From Eledone cirrhosa (lineage: Eukaryota), in NCBI GenBank assembly GCA_964016885.1, contig OZ024746.1, forward strand, positions 46,996,001-47,060,000: DNA of 64,000 nucleotides. The letters run 5' to 3'. This document shows positions 19,464 to 31,740 of the stretch, in pieces. Position numbers and translations under genes: made by a program. Every line of letters begins with the position of its first letter. The first letter of the stretch is position 1. The notes beneath the pieces were generated by a model, which was not told the origin of the DNA, made no database searches, and worked only from the letters and a program-made list of their open reading frames with translations.

Positions 19464-19740
19464 TGTTGTATTCCTCTCGGTACTCGCAGAGAAAACAGAA
19501 CGAGTTATATCAAATAATTTGTGTAATTTACGAAACAACCAAAACGCCCCTCCTCGCAGTAGCAGAATAACAAAGTAAGTAAGTAGCAGTCTGTGATCGA
19601 GTTTTTAATACCAACGTTGACTGACTGCCCACGTCACGTGATTCATATGCAAATGTGTGAGCACGTGTAAATTGAACAAATCGAATTTAACAGTCCAACC
19701 AACAATGAGGTTGTGAGTTCGATTCACAGTCCATACAACA
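19464..19740 (-). repeat. 5' LTR (277 bp)
   Basis: Near-identical to 14815-15091. Confidence 0.95.
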
Positions 19741-19748
19741 ATACATAA

Positions 19749-19789
<41 letters not shown>

Positions 19790-19874
19790 TGTGTGTATAT
19801 ATGTATGTGTGTATATGTATATATTTTTGTATGTATATATATATGTATATATATATGAGTTCATGCAATTGACT

Positions 19875-20567
<693 letters not shown>

Positions 20568-20841
20568 TCTATATAACTGCTCTGTAGAACAACTGATGTT
20601 ATTACATTGAGCTATTTATCTTACTGGTAATAAGGTAGTAATAAATTACTGTCTTTCACTGTTTAGGTTTTAAATTATATATAACTATAAAAGGTTTTAT
20701 TATATACAAAACCATAAATAGTATCCTTAATACTATATATATATATATATACATACAAACATATATACATATACACATATATACACATGCACACATACAT
20801 ACATAGAAACATATATATATATATTTATATATATATCATAA

Positions 20842-22115
20842 TCTATAAAGCTCAGTGTGTGGTCATGCTCCTTTCTTATAGAAATCTACGATATAGAATT
20901 TCTTCAATTGAAATTTACAATTCAGTATTCGAAATAGTTTCGATTGCGTCTTGGCACATCTCATTTTTTTAATTTCACCCACAATTACGCAAAAAATAGA
21001 TAAAACTCAATATTTTACGATTTTTCTCTGTCATTTAAACTGCTAAACTCTTTCCACTACCATTCAAAATCTATACAACTTCATACTTTCTGCTACTTTC
21101 TCTTTCCAAGCTTGATGGTGATACTGTCCGTTTTACTCTCTCATATCATCTGCTCCCCTCTATCTACAACCCACACATTTTGCTACTTTCTCTTTTATAC
21201 TTCAAATTATTACATTTCATACGAAACGACAATTATTCAAAAGCAACACATACATTTATTCAACAACAAGCGATAAATCTTTTTTAAAACCTCTTTTCCA
21301 AACGCATACAAACACACACTCACTTCAACAACAACAATCTGCCTTTTATAGATAATGATAAACAATAATATCCTCTATGAGGTCACTAAACCTGCTAGAA
21401 ATAGCAGCTAACTCTCCCCCGTACCACACCCCTCCCTACTGTCTTACATTTAGAAAACATATCTTCTATGAGGTCACTAAACCTGCTAGAAACAGCAGCT
21501 AACTCTCCCCCATATCACACCACTCCCTACTGTCTTAAATTTAGAAAACACATATCCTCTATGAGGTTACTAAACCTGCTAGAAACAGCAGCTAACTCTC
21601 CCCCATACCACACCCATCCCTACTGTCTTAAATTTAGAAAACATATCTTCTATGAGGTCACTAAACCTGATAGAAACAGCAGCTAACTCTCCTCCGTATC
21701 ACACCACTCCCTACTGTCTTAAATTTAGAAAACACATATCCTCTATGAGGTCACTAAACCTGCTAGAAACAACAGCTAATTCTCCCTCATATCACAACCC
21801 TCCCTACTATCTTAAATTTAGAAAACACACAGATAACGATGCAGAACAACTCCATCGCAGCTCTGTTGTTCGGCTGGCATCGTCTACGCGCGTGTTGCGC
21901 AAGTACTGTGAAACAATAAATTTCAACACTTTTTTGCACAGAGATAATATCCATAGGCGAAACTACAATTGTCACTGCTGGCGCAGCTCCTGCTTCCAGG
22001 TCTGCAATTCATTCACCCAGTGCCTGGCAGACAAAAAAGTGCTGCCATAAAATGGGTGGTGCAACCTAACTTTGGTAACTTAATGACCCCGAGCAACGCC
22101 GGGCTTTAATGCTAG
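20842..22115 (+). mobile_element. Non-autonomous Helitron
   Basis: Starts A|TCTATAAAG. Ends with hairpin CCCGAGCAACGCCGGG (22088-22103) followed by CTAG|T. No TSD seen. Confidence 0.7.
21368..21829. repeat. Tandem array, 5 units alternating 91/93 bp
   Basis: ATATC(C/T)TCTATGAGGTCACTAAACCTGCTAGAAACAGCAGCTAACTCTCCC...TTTAGAAAAC starts at 21368, 21459, 21552, 21643 and 21736. Confidence 0.95.
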
Positions 22116-22302
22116 TATATATATAAAACAAAGGAATTGTGGTAAGGAACCAGATGGACCATAACGCACCAGAGTACTCAATACTTAGGGTAGTAGAGTG
22201 GGAAATAGGAAAAAGTATGACCCCGACGGCTATTTCTGTCCAGAAAAAGCCGTCGAAACGGCTTGAGCTCTGCATCGGGGTCATACTTTTTCATATATAT
22301 AT

Positions 22303-22612
22303 ATATTAAAATACAAATATTAATAAAATAGATGTTCTTTTGATCAATTAAATTTTATTATACATCTTTCAGAGGTACAACAGTAAGTCCTCATCAGACA
22401 AAATATAATGATACATGACATACCCTGAGATGTTAAATGGTTAAGATTTAATCAAAGTAGCGATTAAATCTTAACCATTTAACGTCTCTCGGTATGTCAT
22501 GTATCATTATATTTTGTCTGATGAGGACTTACTGTTGTACCTCTGAAATATGTATAATAAAATTTAATTGATCAAAAGAACATCTATTTTATTAATATTT
22601 GTATTTTAATAT
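22303..22612. repeat. 310-bp near-perfect palindrome (151-bp arms, 8-nt loop)
   Basis: 22303-22453 versus 22462-22612, about 4 mismatches by eye. Confidence 0.95.
22511..22563 (+). ncRNA. Minimal hammerhead-like motif (mirror copy on minus strand, 22352-22404)
   Basis: ATTTTGT-CTGATGA-GGACTTACTGTTGTACCTCT-GAAA-TATGTA-TA-ATAAAAT; 7-bp stem I, weak stem II. Confidence 0.55.
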
Positions 22613-22702
22613 TAATATCTCTGGAAAATTAATTTCTGTAGAGTGTTTCTAATCTACTGTAAAACTAATTCTTTGATGTACTCATTGAATCTTGTTTAAC
22701 TC

Positions 22703-22776
<74 letters not shown>

Positions 22777-22780
<4 letters not shown>

Positions 22781-23226
22781 GATTTAATGCTCTGAAATAG
22801 CGATATATATGTGAAGACAAACATAGAATATTCGAAAATATTCTGTATGTTTATAATAAACATTTTGAAGACCCAATCGCTATAGAATAGAATACGTCAC
22901 GTATTACAATTTGAGATTCTCGATAAAAGCAAGGGAAGTAATCTACGCGTTTCATTCTTATTAGAAATCATCAGGATTACATATCCAATGCTTTTATCGA
23001 GAACGACACAGCTAGAGACTTATAGAATACTTAGCTGTGTACAGGAACTGGTTTGAAAGAGCGGTAGCCGGTCCGGCAGAAATTAGAATTTGGATTTAAT
23101 GCTCTGAAATAGCGATATATATGTGAAGACAAACATAGAATATTCGAAAATATTCTGTATGTTTATAATAAACTCAAAATGTTTATTATAAACATACAGA
23201 ATATTTTCGAATATTCTATGTTTGTC

Positions 23227-23230
<4 letters not shown>
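22777..23230. mobile_element. Penelope-like pseudo-LTR fragment with direct and inverted partial repeats
   Basis: ~83-bp direct repeat at 22778-22860 and 23089-23172. Inverted copy of ~22812-22868 at ~23175-23230. Flanked by (TA)n and contains a hammerhead motif. Confidence 0.65.
22917..23003 (-). ncRNA. Type-I hammerhead ribozyme motif with intact core and extended stem I
   Basis: Minus strand GTAATC-CTGATGA-TTTCTAATAAGAAT-GAAA-CGCG-TA-GATTAC (22980-22938), enclosed by a 15-bp outer helix (22917-22931 / 22989-23003). Confidence 0.8.
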
Positions 23231-23284
<54 letters not shown>

Positions 23285-23508
23285 GGCTATTTGTCTCTAA
23301 TACTTACACATCGCAATGAATGGATGAAATATACAGACAAGATATCAATCAGAGATGCAATTTCATTGATTCCAATGATTTGAAATGCCCATTATTGCTT
23401 CTTCCGTTTTTGAAACCATGAAAGGGAGATATTAATATGAGACTGTCTTATTTTAGTCTGTCAGAATTATAATCCCCTAAATAGTGGGTTTTATTTTTTT
23501 TGTATAAG

Positions 23509-23568
<60 letters not shown>

Positions 23569-24047
23569 GAAAATGTTCAAGACCCCGACGTCAGAGCTTG
23601 AGCCGTTTCGACGGCTATATATATATATATGGGTTTATGTGTGGGTCTTTTTGTGAGTGTGCGTGTATGAGTGTGCGTGTATATGCGTGTGTGTGTGTGT
23701 CGTTCCAATCATACGTTCAGTTATATGAATTAATTTTTAGCAGAGACATTCATTAGTGGAGTAAAACATTAACTTGCATTCACATTTTCCTTCTTGCATT
23801 AATGAAATTTCATTCACCATAAAATAAATGTAGTACATTTTGTTTTATATTTTTATATTTCACATGCCTGTAGGAACACTTGGTTGAGTCATATGCAACA
23901 TATATTTCATTTCTGTCAAATTATTTTGAGTGATTATTCAAAAATGTTGTGAAATGGAGCATTTGCAAAATAAGCTAGAGATGATAAAAATATTAATAAT
24001 AAAATAAACAACAATAACAAAATAAACAACAACAATAATAATAAATA

Positions 24048-24281
24048 TGGTTTCCCATTTAGGAAGAAGGCCAGTAATTTATTTTTCTGGGGGGGGGGGG
24101 GGGTTAATGAAATCGACTCCAGTCAGTGAATTTATCGACAGCGTAACGATGAAAGACAGAGCTAACCTCGGCTGCATTTGAACTCAGAAGATAAAGGACA
24201 TCTTTATGTTCTGAGTTCAAATTCCACCGAAGTTAGCGTTGCTTTTCCTCCTTACACGGTCGATAAAATAAAGTACCAGTG
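24048..24281. mobile_element. Two diverged SINE fragments arranged head-to-head
   Basis: Minus copy ends TTTGAACTCAGAAGATAAAG. Plus copy reads CTTTATGTTCTGAGTTCAAATTCC...GGTCGATAAAATAAAGTACCAGT. Confidence 0.7.
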
Positions 24282-26279
24282 CCGTATTACTACGAACCAT
24301 AATAAAAACAATAATAATAGTAACAATAATATTAACAATAACATCTGATGCTAGCTGAATATCAACATGGAAATTTCGCTTTCTTTAATAGCCAAGAAGG
24401 AACTTTATAATAATACCAAAATAAAAAGCAAAATTGGCAATAAAAAAATGGAAAAATTGTAGTTATATGGAGTTCAATAACCACGACTGATATTTATTCT
24501 GTCTACCGCATGTGCTTATTATATAGATGGTGTGTTAATGGAGTTATGTTTATGTATATATATAATGTAAACAGGTGGGTCAAAGAAAACAGATCGCAGT
24601 AAACATTTGAATACTCACATCACAGCAATTACAGCCAATACTTATATTATACGATGATAACACGCAAGATATATAGTGTTGAAATAACCGGCATTCTGCC
24701 GAAACTTAAATACAATTGAGCACCTAGAGGAAATAAAGCAGGACAAAATCTCTTTTGCAAACAAAATCAAAAGCTCCAACATTTTTAATACAAACAGATA
24801 AAAATATATATAGAAAAATGCAAACGTAAGAAGATTTGAAATAAACAATATGAAATCGTCTAAACCAAATTAAAACCATTCATAGAAAGAATTTTTACTG
24901 AAAAAGATATAAAATAGAACAATCGACAACCCCCAAAAAAAGAAAGCAATGAAAGCATTACAACAAACCTTTTACATACAAAACACAAGAATCCACAGAA
25001 AAATATGAAAGCAACACAGCAGACTTGTCCACTTATGCAATAGATGAACTCTTAAGATGCAGTTACACTACAGAAACATTACGGAACAAAGTAAAGCAAA
25101 ATAACAATTGAAGCATTACCATAAATCGAAAACATGCACAAAGAAAAAAGCGACTAAAATAATAAAATAAAATATAGCTTTGAAAACCATAGCAGTCAAT
25201 ATAAAACATTTAACAAAATCCAGATCTGCAACACAAGCGATTCTTTTGACCCACACTGGACAACAAACAGAATAAAAGCAGATATCAAAACAGTTCAATC
25301 AAAATAACATTGAACGGTACTTAACAGAAGCAATAAAGAAAATAGAACAATAGAAATTAAGAAATCCGATGAATATTTTCTCAAGCCACACACGAAAGAA
25401 TAAATAAAAAGGTCCGATATAAATACTGTTCATGGAAACAAAATATATGAATATCAATATACTGAGTGATGCACTCCATTTAGGGTCGGTAGTATGATCA
25501 AGAAAAACTGGGATTGATCCTCATAGGGGTAAACATTTCATAGCACCCAACCACTCTAAAATAGGGGACAGGAAGTGTATTAAATATAATTAGAGAAAAC
25601 AATTAATACATAAATTGAAACAGAAAAACGTATGTACATATATATTTAAATAGTGAGACTTGTTACTCTGGAGTTTCGCCTGTTTATCACAATGTCATCA
25701 CGCAAAACATTATATATTTATATATAAAAAAATCCCACAGATACATTTCGGTCTACACTTAGAAACTCACTTTAGGCCGTCGCAATATAACCCGCAACAA
25801 TAGCCACCAATATTAACTTCATTCCCAAATCCCTTATATTATGTTTCTGTTCCATGAATATCAACATGGGAGGTTTCTACTTGCTCATCGCTTATCCCAC
25901 CAAGAATTCTGGGAAAGAAATATAGCATGGTATCGTCTAATGACTGAAATAGTAAAACAGTAAAGTACTTTAACTTAACTTAAAAATACAACTCAGACTA
26001 GCTTCCAGAAGGCTGGTCTCACCATCGGCAATCTCACCTATTTAACACATCATGAACCATAGCATTTTAAGAGCCCTGTGAGATATGCATTAGCAGAAGA
26101 TGGAATCCCACGTGTTTTAGGTCTCTCTGAATTCCCTACCGAAGCGAAACACATGTCTCGTAGCGACTACCTTTGTTACAACTCCCACTTTATATTGTTG
26201 TAGTTTTTCTGAAAGATTTTTCTATAGATAAAAATATCCAGTATTAATAGTAGTGAGTAAATTTTTGTCATTGTATTTC

Positions 26280-26720
26280 AATAGGCTCAAAATTAAAAGA
26301 AATAACTGTTGATATTTAGAGTTCAACTGATTTGATTGTTCGGTTTGGTCTTATTGTCTTTTCCTGTTTTCTTTACAACAGTAGTCCAAGTATTTTAAGG
26401 TCATTTTTATTACTATCGCTAACTTGTGTTATTTCACTTAGTTATTTCTATTATTCTATTATATTGGAAGGATTGATGCACTTAATGAATCACTTGAAGG
26501 TTTCTATGAGTTTTCTACTTAATTACTTTTGGTTGTGATTTACTGATAATGTTTGTTGGTGGCCATTAAGTGCTTCTCATATCTTTATTAAGCATGATTT
26601 GTTTTGTTCCTTTTCTATAAACTGATATCAGCCATATGATAAATGCTTATACTTTGATTTCAGAAGCTTTGAATATTTTCCGCATAGTTGGAATTATTGA
26701 GTCATGTCTCTTGCACAAGG
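26280..26720 (-). pseudogene. Possible highly decayed Penelope-type RT fragment
   Basis: Broken minus-strand translations (EQNK...MRST*WPPTNI, FIKCINPSN, LKILGLLL) loosely follow PLE RT motif order. Confidence 0.25.
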
Positions 26721-27779
26721 CCTTAAAGCGTTGAATATACTAATTTTCTGTTTGGTGTATCACATCATCCACATCAGTTGTCGTATAATAAAACTGAAGC
26801 ATCAATCGCTAACATAATATATAAAGGTGTGAATGAACCCATATAGAATGTTTATGTATCAAAAATACACATTCAGTTTTGCTGTGAGCATTCTAAACTG
26901 TTATCATGTCACAACAAATTCAGCATCGGAGTGAAAGTTGTGGATACAAGTATTTCACATTCGTTAGTGTTTGTCAGCACTCGTACACTTACTTCCAGAT
27001 GCCAAGTTAAAAAATATAATATCGTCTTAGAGATACGAACAATCCTTATTGAATACTTATTTACAGGCAAGTTTGGAAGAATCTAAAGAAGAGGAGAAAA
27101 TATATGCAATTAATGACTACACACAGAGGATGAAATGCATTCAATAAACGTATGAGTAGAATGTTATATAATTTACTTAAAGATGGTTCGGCACGGCAAG
27201 CTGACAAGAATGCCAATCTGTTTGATTATTAAATTGAGCATTTAATTTTAGATCAATACTGCCATTAAACAGTGCTATCCTAATATTTACATCCATTAAA
27301 GAGACACCGACTTCCACTGAATTTGGTGCATATGTTGGTTGTATTGTTCTGAAAATATAAACTGAATAATGGAAGCAAGGAGTGTATTGTAATTATTTTT
27401 CTATTACTTTCTGGTTCACACTAAACAAAATTTCTTGTTTGTAGAAAACATAAGTCGGCCTATAATGTATTTATACCGTTCTATGTTAGTTCAACGTTAC
27501 ATGTTCCATTCTTCTTCTTCTTCTTCTTCATCATCATCATCGATGTTTACATCTCTTTCAATATTTACTATATCTTCGCTGACGTCGATATTTTCCTAAG
27601 CAATTGTAAATCGTATTTTACTCTAAAATAGATTGTATTAAATCCTTTCGAGCAAGAATAAGTTCATTAAAGAGTGAGATAGTTATCACAAGTATACTTG
27701 ACATTCCCAGTTTGAAAATAACTTCATACGGGCAGTAAGAAATTGTGTATTGAATTTGTTACAGCTTTTATTTCCATTT

Positions 27780-28400
27780 GTTAAGATAAATATCTTGGGA
27801 CTCTATTGTGGGAGACCAGCGCTGTCAAAGTTGGGACGTTGATACAAATTTGGTACTATTTGCCCTTAATTTGAATTTTGTGTGCGTTTGGTACCACATC
27901 CGTATATTTTTAATTTGCCTTGCGAATTTGGCTTAATTGATATTCTAAAATCACCATTTAATGATTTACTCTTTATCAACTATAACGAACTTTACGTCGA
28001 GAAGCTATCCATTAAATGTATTTGTCCTTCAGATCTCACTTGACATATCAATACTCTTCTGCGTATTATTTCAAATCTGTATTATCCAGGTAGACAATAA
28101 TAACGCACTATTCGCCCGCAATCTATCAGTGGATGTTTTACTTCAATAGTATCCGCTGACAATAAGCAAGAACATCTAAGAATAGATAGTGTAAGACGAA
28201 TTCTTGGATGACAACCGTATCAGTTCTGTTTAAGCAGTGGTTCTGCGCGTGAAGTATACTTTGATGGTGTCATCTTTCAATATCTGAACTGTTTTGCTTT
28301 TTGTGAGAAATATTTTGAATCCATCATAAGTGGAACATCATTCCGATAGTGACAAAAATGATACTCCCCCGAAGAAAAACTGTAATCCACTTTCTGTGAA
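27780..28400 (-). pseudogene. Possible decayed RTE-type LINE RT fragment
   Basis: Broken minus-strand translations loosely match TGLKQG, YA(D)D and post-RT motifs; many stops. Confidence 0.3.
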
Positions 28401-29789
28401 AGAAAAGTTCCGTCAAAATTATTAAACGATGAAAAATCTTCATCGTGGTTGGAATTGAGTAAAATTTATACAATTGTGAAATTACTTAATTTACAGTACA
28501 TGATTTACAGATTGTGAGATACAGCTGAATGCCCTTCCTAGCGCCAACCACATTTACAGTGTGGATTGGGTGCTTTTTATCGTGGCACCAAGACGACCAC
28601 TTTACAGTGTGGACATAGTTTCTTTGCTTCAGGTAGTTTGAGATTTGGCATAGCAACTTATTTTATTAAAACATTTGGCAATATTTTAGTAGATATGTAG
28701 GTAATTTATTAAGAAATCAGATCTTTCATTTACCTTTTCCTCTCATGATTTCCATTATATTTTTTCCACTGTGAAATCTTCCCATTTATATGGTGGCACA
28801 TGATGTAATCCTTTATTTATTCTATTGATTAATTCATTTGATTCATGAAGGTTTTCTACTTCCCATATTTGCATCCTTTACTTGGGGTATTTTCTACTTG
28901 TATTGTTTCTGGATTCAATTCTCTGTAAATGCTTCGTTTGTCTTCTACAAATATTTTATTTTGATTTTATATTTTTGTGCGTTTTTCAAATCTATGAATT
29001 CTGCACGATTTAGATTTCAGTTATTGAATCAATATATATATATATTGTGATTTTAAGATCCTATTTGTCCTCCGTTTTAAGCATTTTATGTCTCTTTGAT
29101 TTTTTTGTGGGTTGACATTGTGCTGATTCTCTTTTAGATGTTATTTATTCTAGTTTTATATTTTCTCTTGTTGAATCTTTTGTTTATACACGGGAGCTCT
29201 TTTCGGTTTATTTCGATGTCAGCTGCTCTGATTACTACACGCCATAGGACACACATTATTTGGTTTAAGGTCGTTAAATATATATTTACTTATTTGCTAT
29301 GGGATTATTTCTAATGCACGGTTAGCTTATTTGCTTAAAGATAAGTTTTATGATGTGTGATAGTTTGATGGTTTGTAGTCTCGCTTCAATTTGTATACGT
29401 TTTATCTCTTCAAACTTCTGTTTATTTCTGTTTGTCATATTTTCTAAGCCACTGCATTTAATCGTTTCTGTTGGCGCTAATGGTTCTTTCCTACCATTAT
29501 TACTTTGTAGTATTATGTTTAGAGTTGTCTGTTCTTTGTGTACTTCTTCATTTTGTTGGGTTGTGTGTGCTGTATTGCCTTTATATTTAGTTCTGCTATA
29601 GAACCAGTTTGTATTGTGTTCTCTCCTCGTGTAGGCTGCGATGCTTTTCTTTAGTTTAGTTCTCTATTCCTATTTTTCCTTCCCTTTAATATCATCGCGA
29701 ATGATCACCGTCATCGTCATTATTATTTAACAGTTGTCAACACACTCAGGAGAGTAGCGGTTAATGTGCCTTGTAATACACTGGGGTCA

Positions 29790-30133
29790 AATTTGCCTTT
29801 ATCATTCGAAAGTCAATAAAATAAAGTACAAATAACATACTTGAGTTTATACAATTGAGTTTCTCTTCTTTACAAATTACTGATCTTGTGCTTAAATTAA
29901 AAACAATAATTAGAAAACGTGTTGGAATATCCGTATTTGTACGATGCTGGATAAATTTTAGTATTCTACAGTTACTTTCATTTATATTCTCTGTTCAAAG
30001 TAACGGATTTTACATTGTCTTTTATGTTTCCGAGGTCGATAAAATAATATGCCAGTCCTGTACCGGGGTCGAATTAATGAACTCTACCCCTTCTGAAAAT
30101 ATATTTGGCGTGTACGTATGTAGAAGACATTAT
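29790..30133 (+). mobile_element. Two old SINE 3' fragments
   Basis: Degenerate GTC(A/G)ATAAAATAA cores at ~29812 and ~30035, followed by SINE-like tails. Confidence 0.45.
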
Positions 30134-31084
30134 ACCAAGTTCCCTTTGTAAACACTGACTTTCGTATGAATCCTCCCTTTATTCAGAAGGATAATAGGAA
30201 ACCTGTATTGGGGGATATTAAGAATTCAGATTAATACTTAAATTATCAAGAAAACTACCCTGCTGTTACCATGGGACGCACTTATATTTACATATCTATC
30301 ATTATTTCCACATCTCATGGGAAAAACACAATCACCCCCAGTCCATCCTTGTCAAACTCATTGAGCGAAATACAAAATTTGAGTCTAACCAATGTTGTTT
30401 TATTTTCGATATAAATTTAGATAAATAAATGCAATTATTGCACCCCTTTGTGAGATGATGACAAACATATAATGCTTCCAGCGCGCTCTTAGAATTTAAT
30501 GATTTGGTCTTATGCGAACGAGGATTTGGTATTATCTGGTGGATAAGATGTCTGTATATTTGCCAGTTGTGTTTTATATTTACTCATATTATTTCCACTG
30601 TGTCATCGTCTATTACTAATGTGCAGTAGAATAAATAACAAATAAGAGAGAACGTAATTATATAAGAGAAAATCGATAAAAATACAGTTGCAGCATGACG
30701 TTTTTTCTACTTAACCCACAATCTCACGATTTTAGAGAAGGGCTATAGTAATGTATACATATTCAATGTCGTGCCACGTATATAACATAGAAACCTGGGT
30801 GTGCAGTTGAAGTTAAGTCTCTCTCATTAGGGCTAAGAACTACTTCAACTCTGAACCTTTTTCCTATGCATAACACAATTGCTTTCCGCGTTAACGTGTC
30901 CGTATTCACACACACACACACGAACACAGGTCATTTGATTAATAGGAAAACATCTTTTCTTTTTTTAATTATGATCAATGTGCTGTATTAACTGGCTTAC
31001 CAATGCACACTGTGAATTTATTTGCCCTAGGTGTCAGGAAGACACTCGGCATATATCTCAGAACCAATAATGAAAGAAAATAAA

Positions 31085-31165
<81 letters not shown>

Positions 31166-31248
31166 AAGAAGAAGAAGAAGAAGAAGAAGAAGAAGAAGAA
31201 GAAGAAGAAGAAGAAGAAGAAGAAGAAGAAGAAGAAGAAGAAGAAGAA
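31085..31248. repeat. Compound (AAT)n(GAA)n microsatellite
   Basis: Direct inspection. Confidence 0.97.
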
Positions 31249-31740
31249 AAATAGATCCAAATAGACCTGATATAATATTGAAGGACTTTAAGAAGAGGGT
31301 ATGCCTGCTAATTGATATGTCTGTTCCAATAGACAAGAATGTATCTATAAAAACATTTGAAAAATTGAGCAAGTATAAGGACCTGGAGATAGAAATTGGA
31401 AAAATGTGGAAATTGAGAACTAAAACAATACCAGTGGTTGTAGGCGCTCTGGGAATGATACCTAAGGGGTCTAATGATTACTTATCGCAAATCCCAGGAA
31501 ACCCGCGTATAGGAGAAATACAAAAGATAGTACTAATGGGAACTGCCCATATACTAAGGAAGATTCTGTTAATATAAGTGCATCACAAGTCTAAACACTA
31601 AAGATGCATGTGTGAGTATGTATGTTCTTTCTTGAACATGGCGGACCTTGTTGTCTCTTGAGGTCACTGGTTGTGACTTGGTGATAACTCGTATGAACAT
31701 AAAGCAAGATAAATGTAACTGTAATAATAATAATAATAAT
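31246..31740 (+). mobile_element. R4/Dong-type non-LTR retrotransposon 3' fragment, copy A, with (TAA)n tail
   Basis: NRPDII...LLIDMSVP...KLSKY restriction-like endonuclease; stop at 31575-31577; 3' UTR near-identical to copy B. Confidence 0.9.

Larger units (their letters stand above)
14815..19740 (-). mobile_element. Complete Ty3/Gypsy LTR retrotransposon (Mag-like)
   Basis: Paired 277-bp LTRs (TGTTGTAT...ATACAACA). 5-bp TSD ATACA at 14810-14814 and 19741-19745. Domain order Gag-PR-RT-RH-IN. Two CCHC knuckles (CYRCGKAHKATDC, CHFCDKKGHLQAAC). Confidence 0.96.

Noticed and set aside
21368-21829. Regularly spaced repeats as a CRISPR array
   Set aside because: Whole units repeat with no unique spacers; eukaryotic context; no cas genes.
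31027-31372. Poly-Phe/Leu/Lys/Asn ORFs
   Set aside because: Translations of (AAT)n(GAA)n; the same applies to 61532-61855 over (CTT)n.
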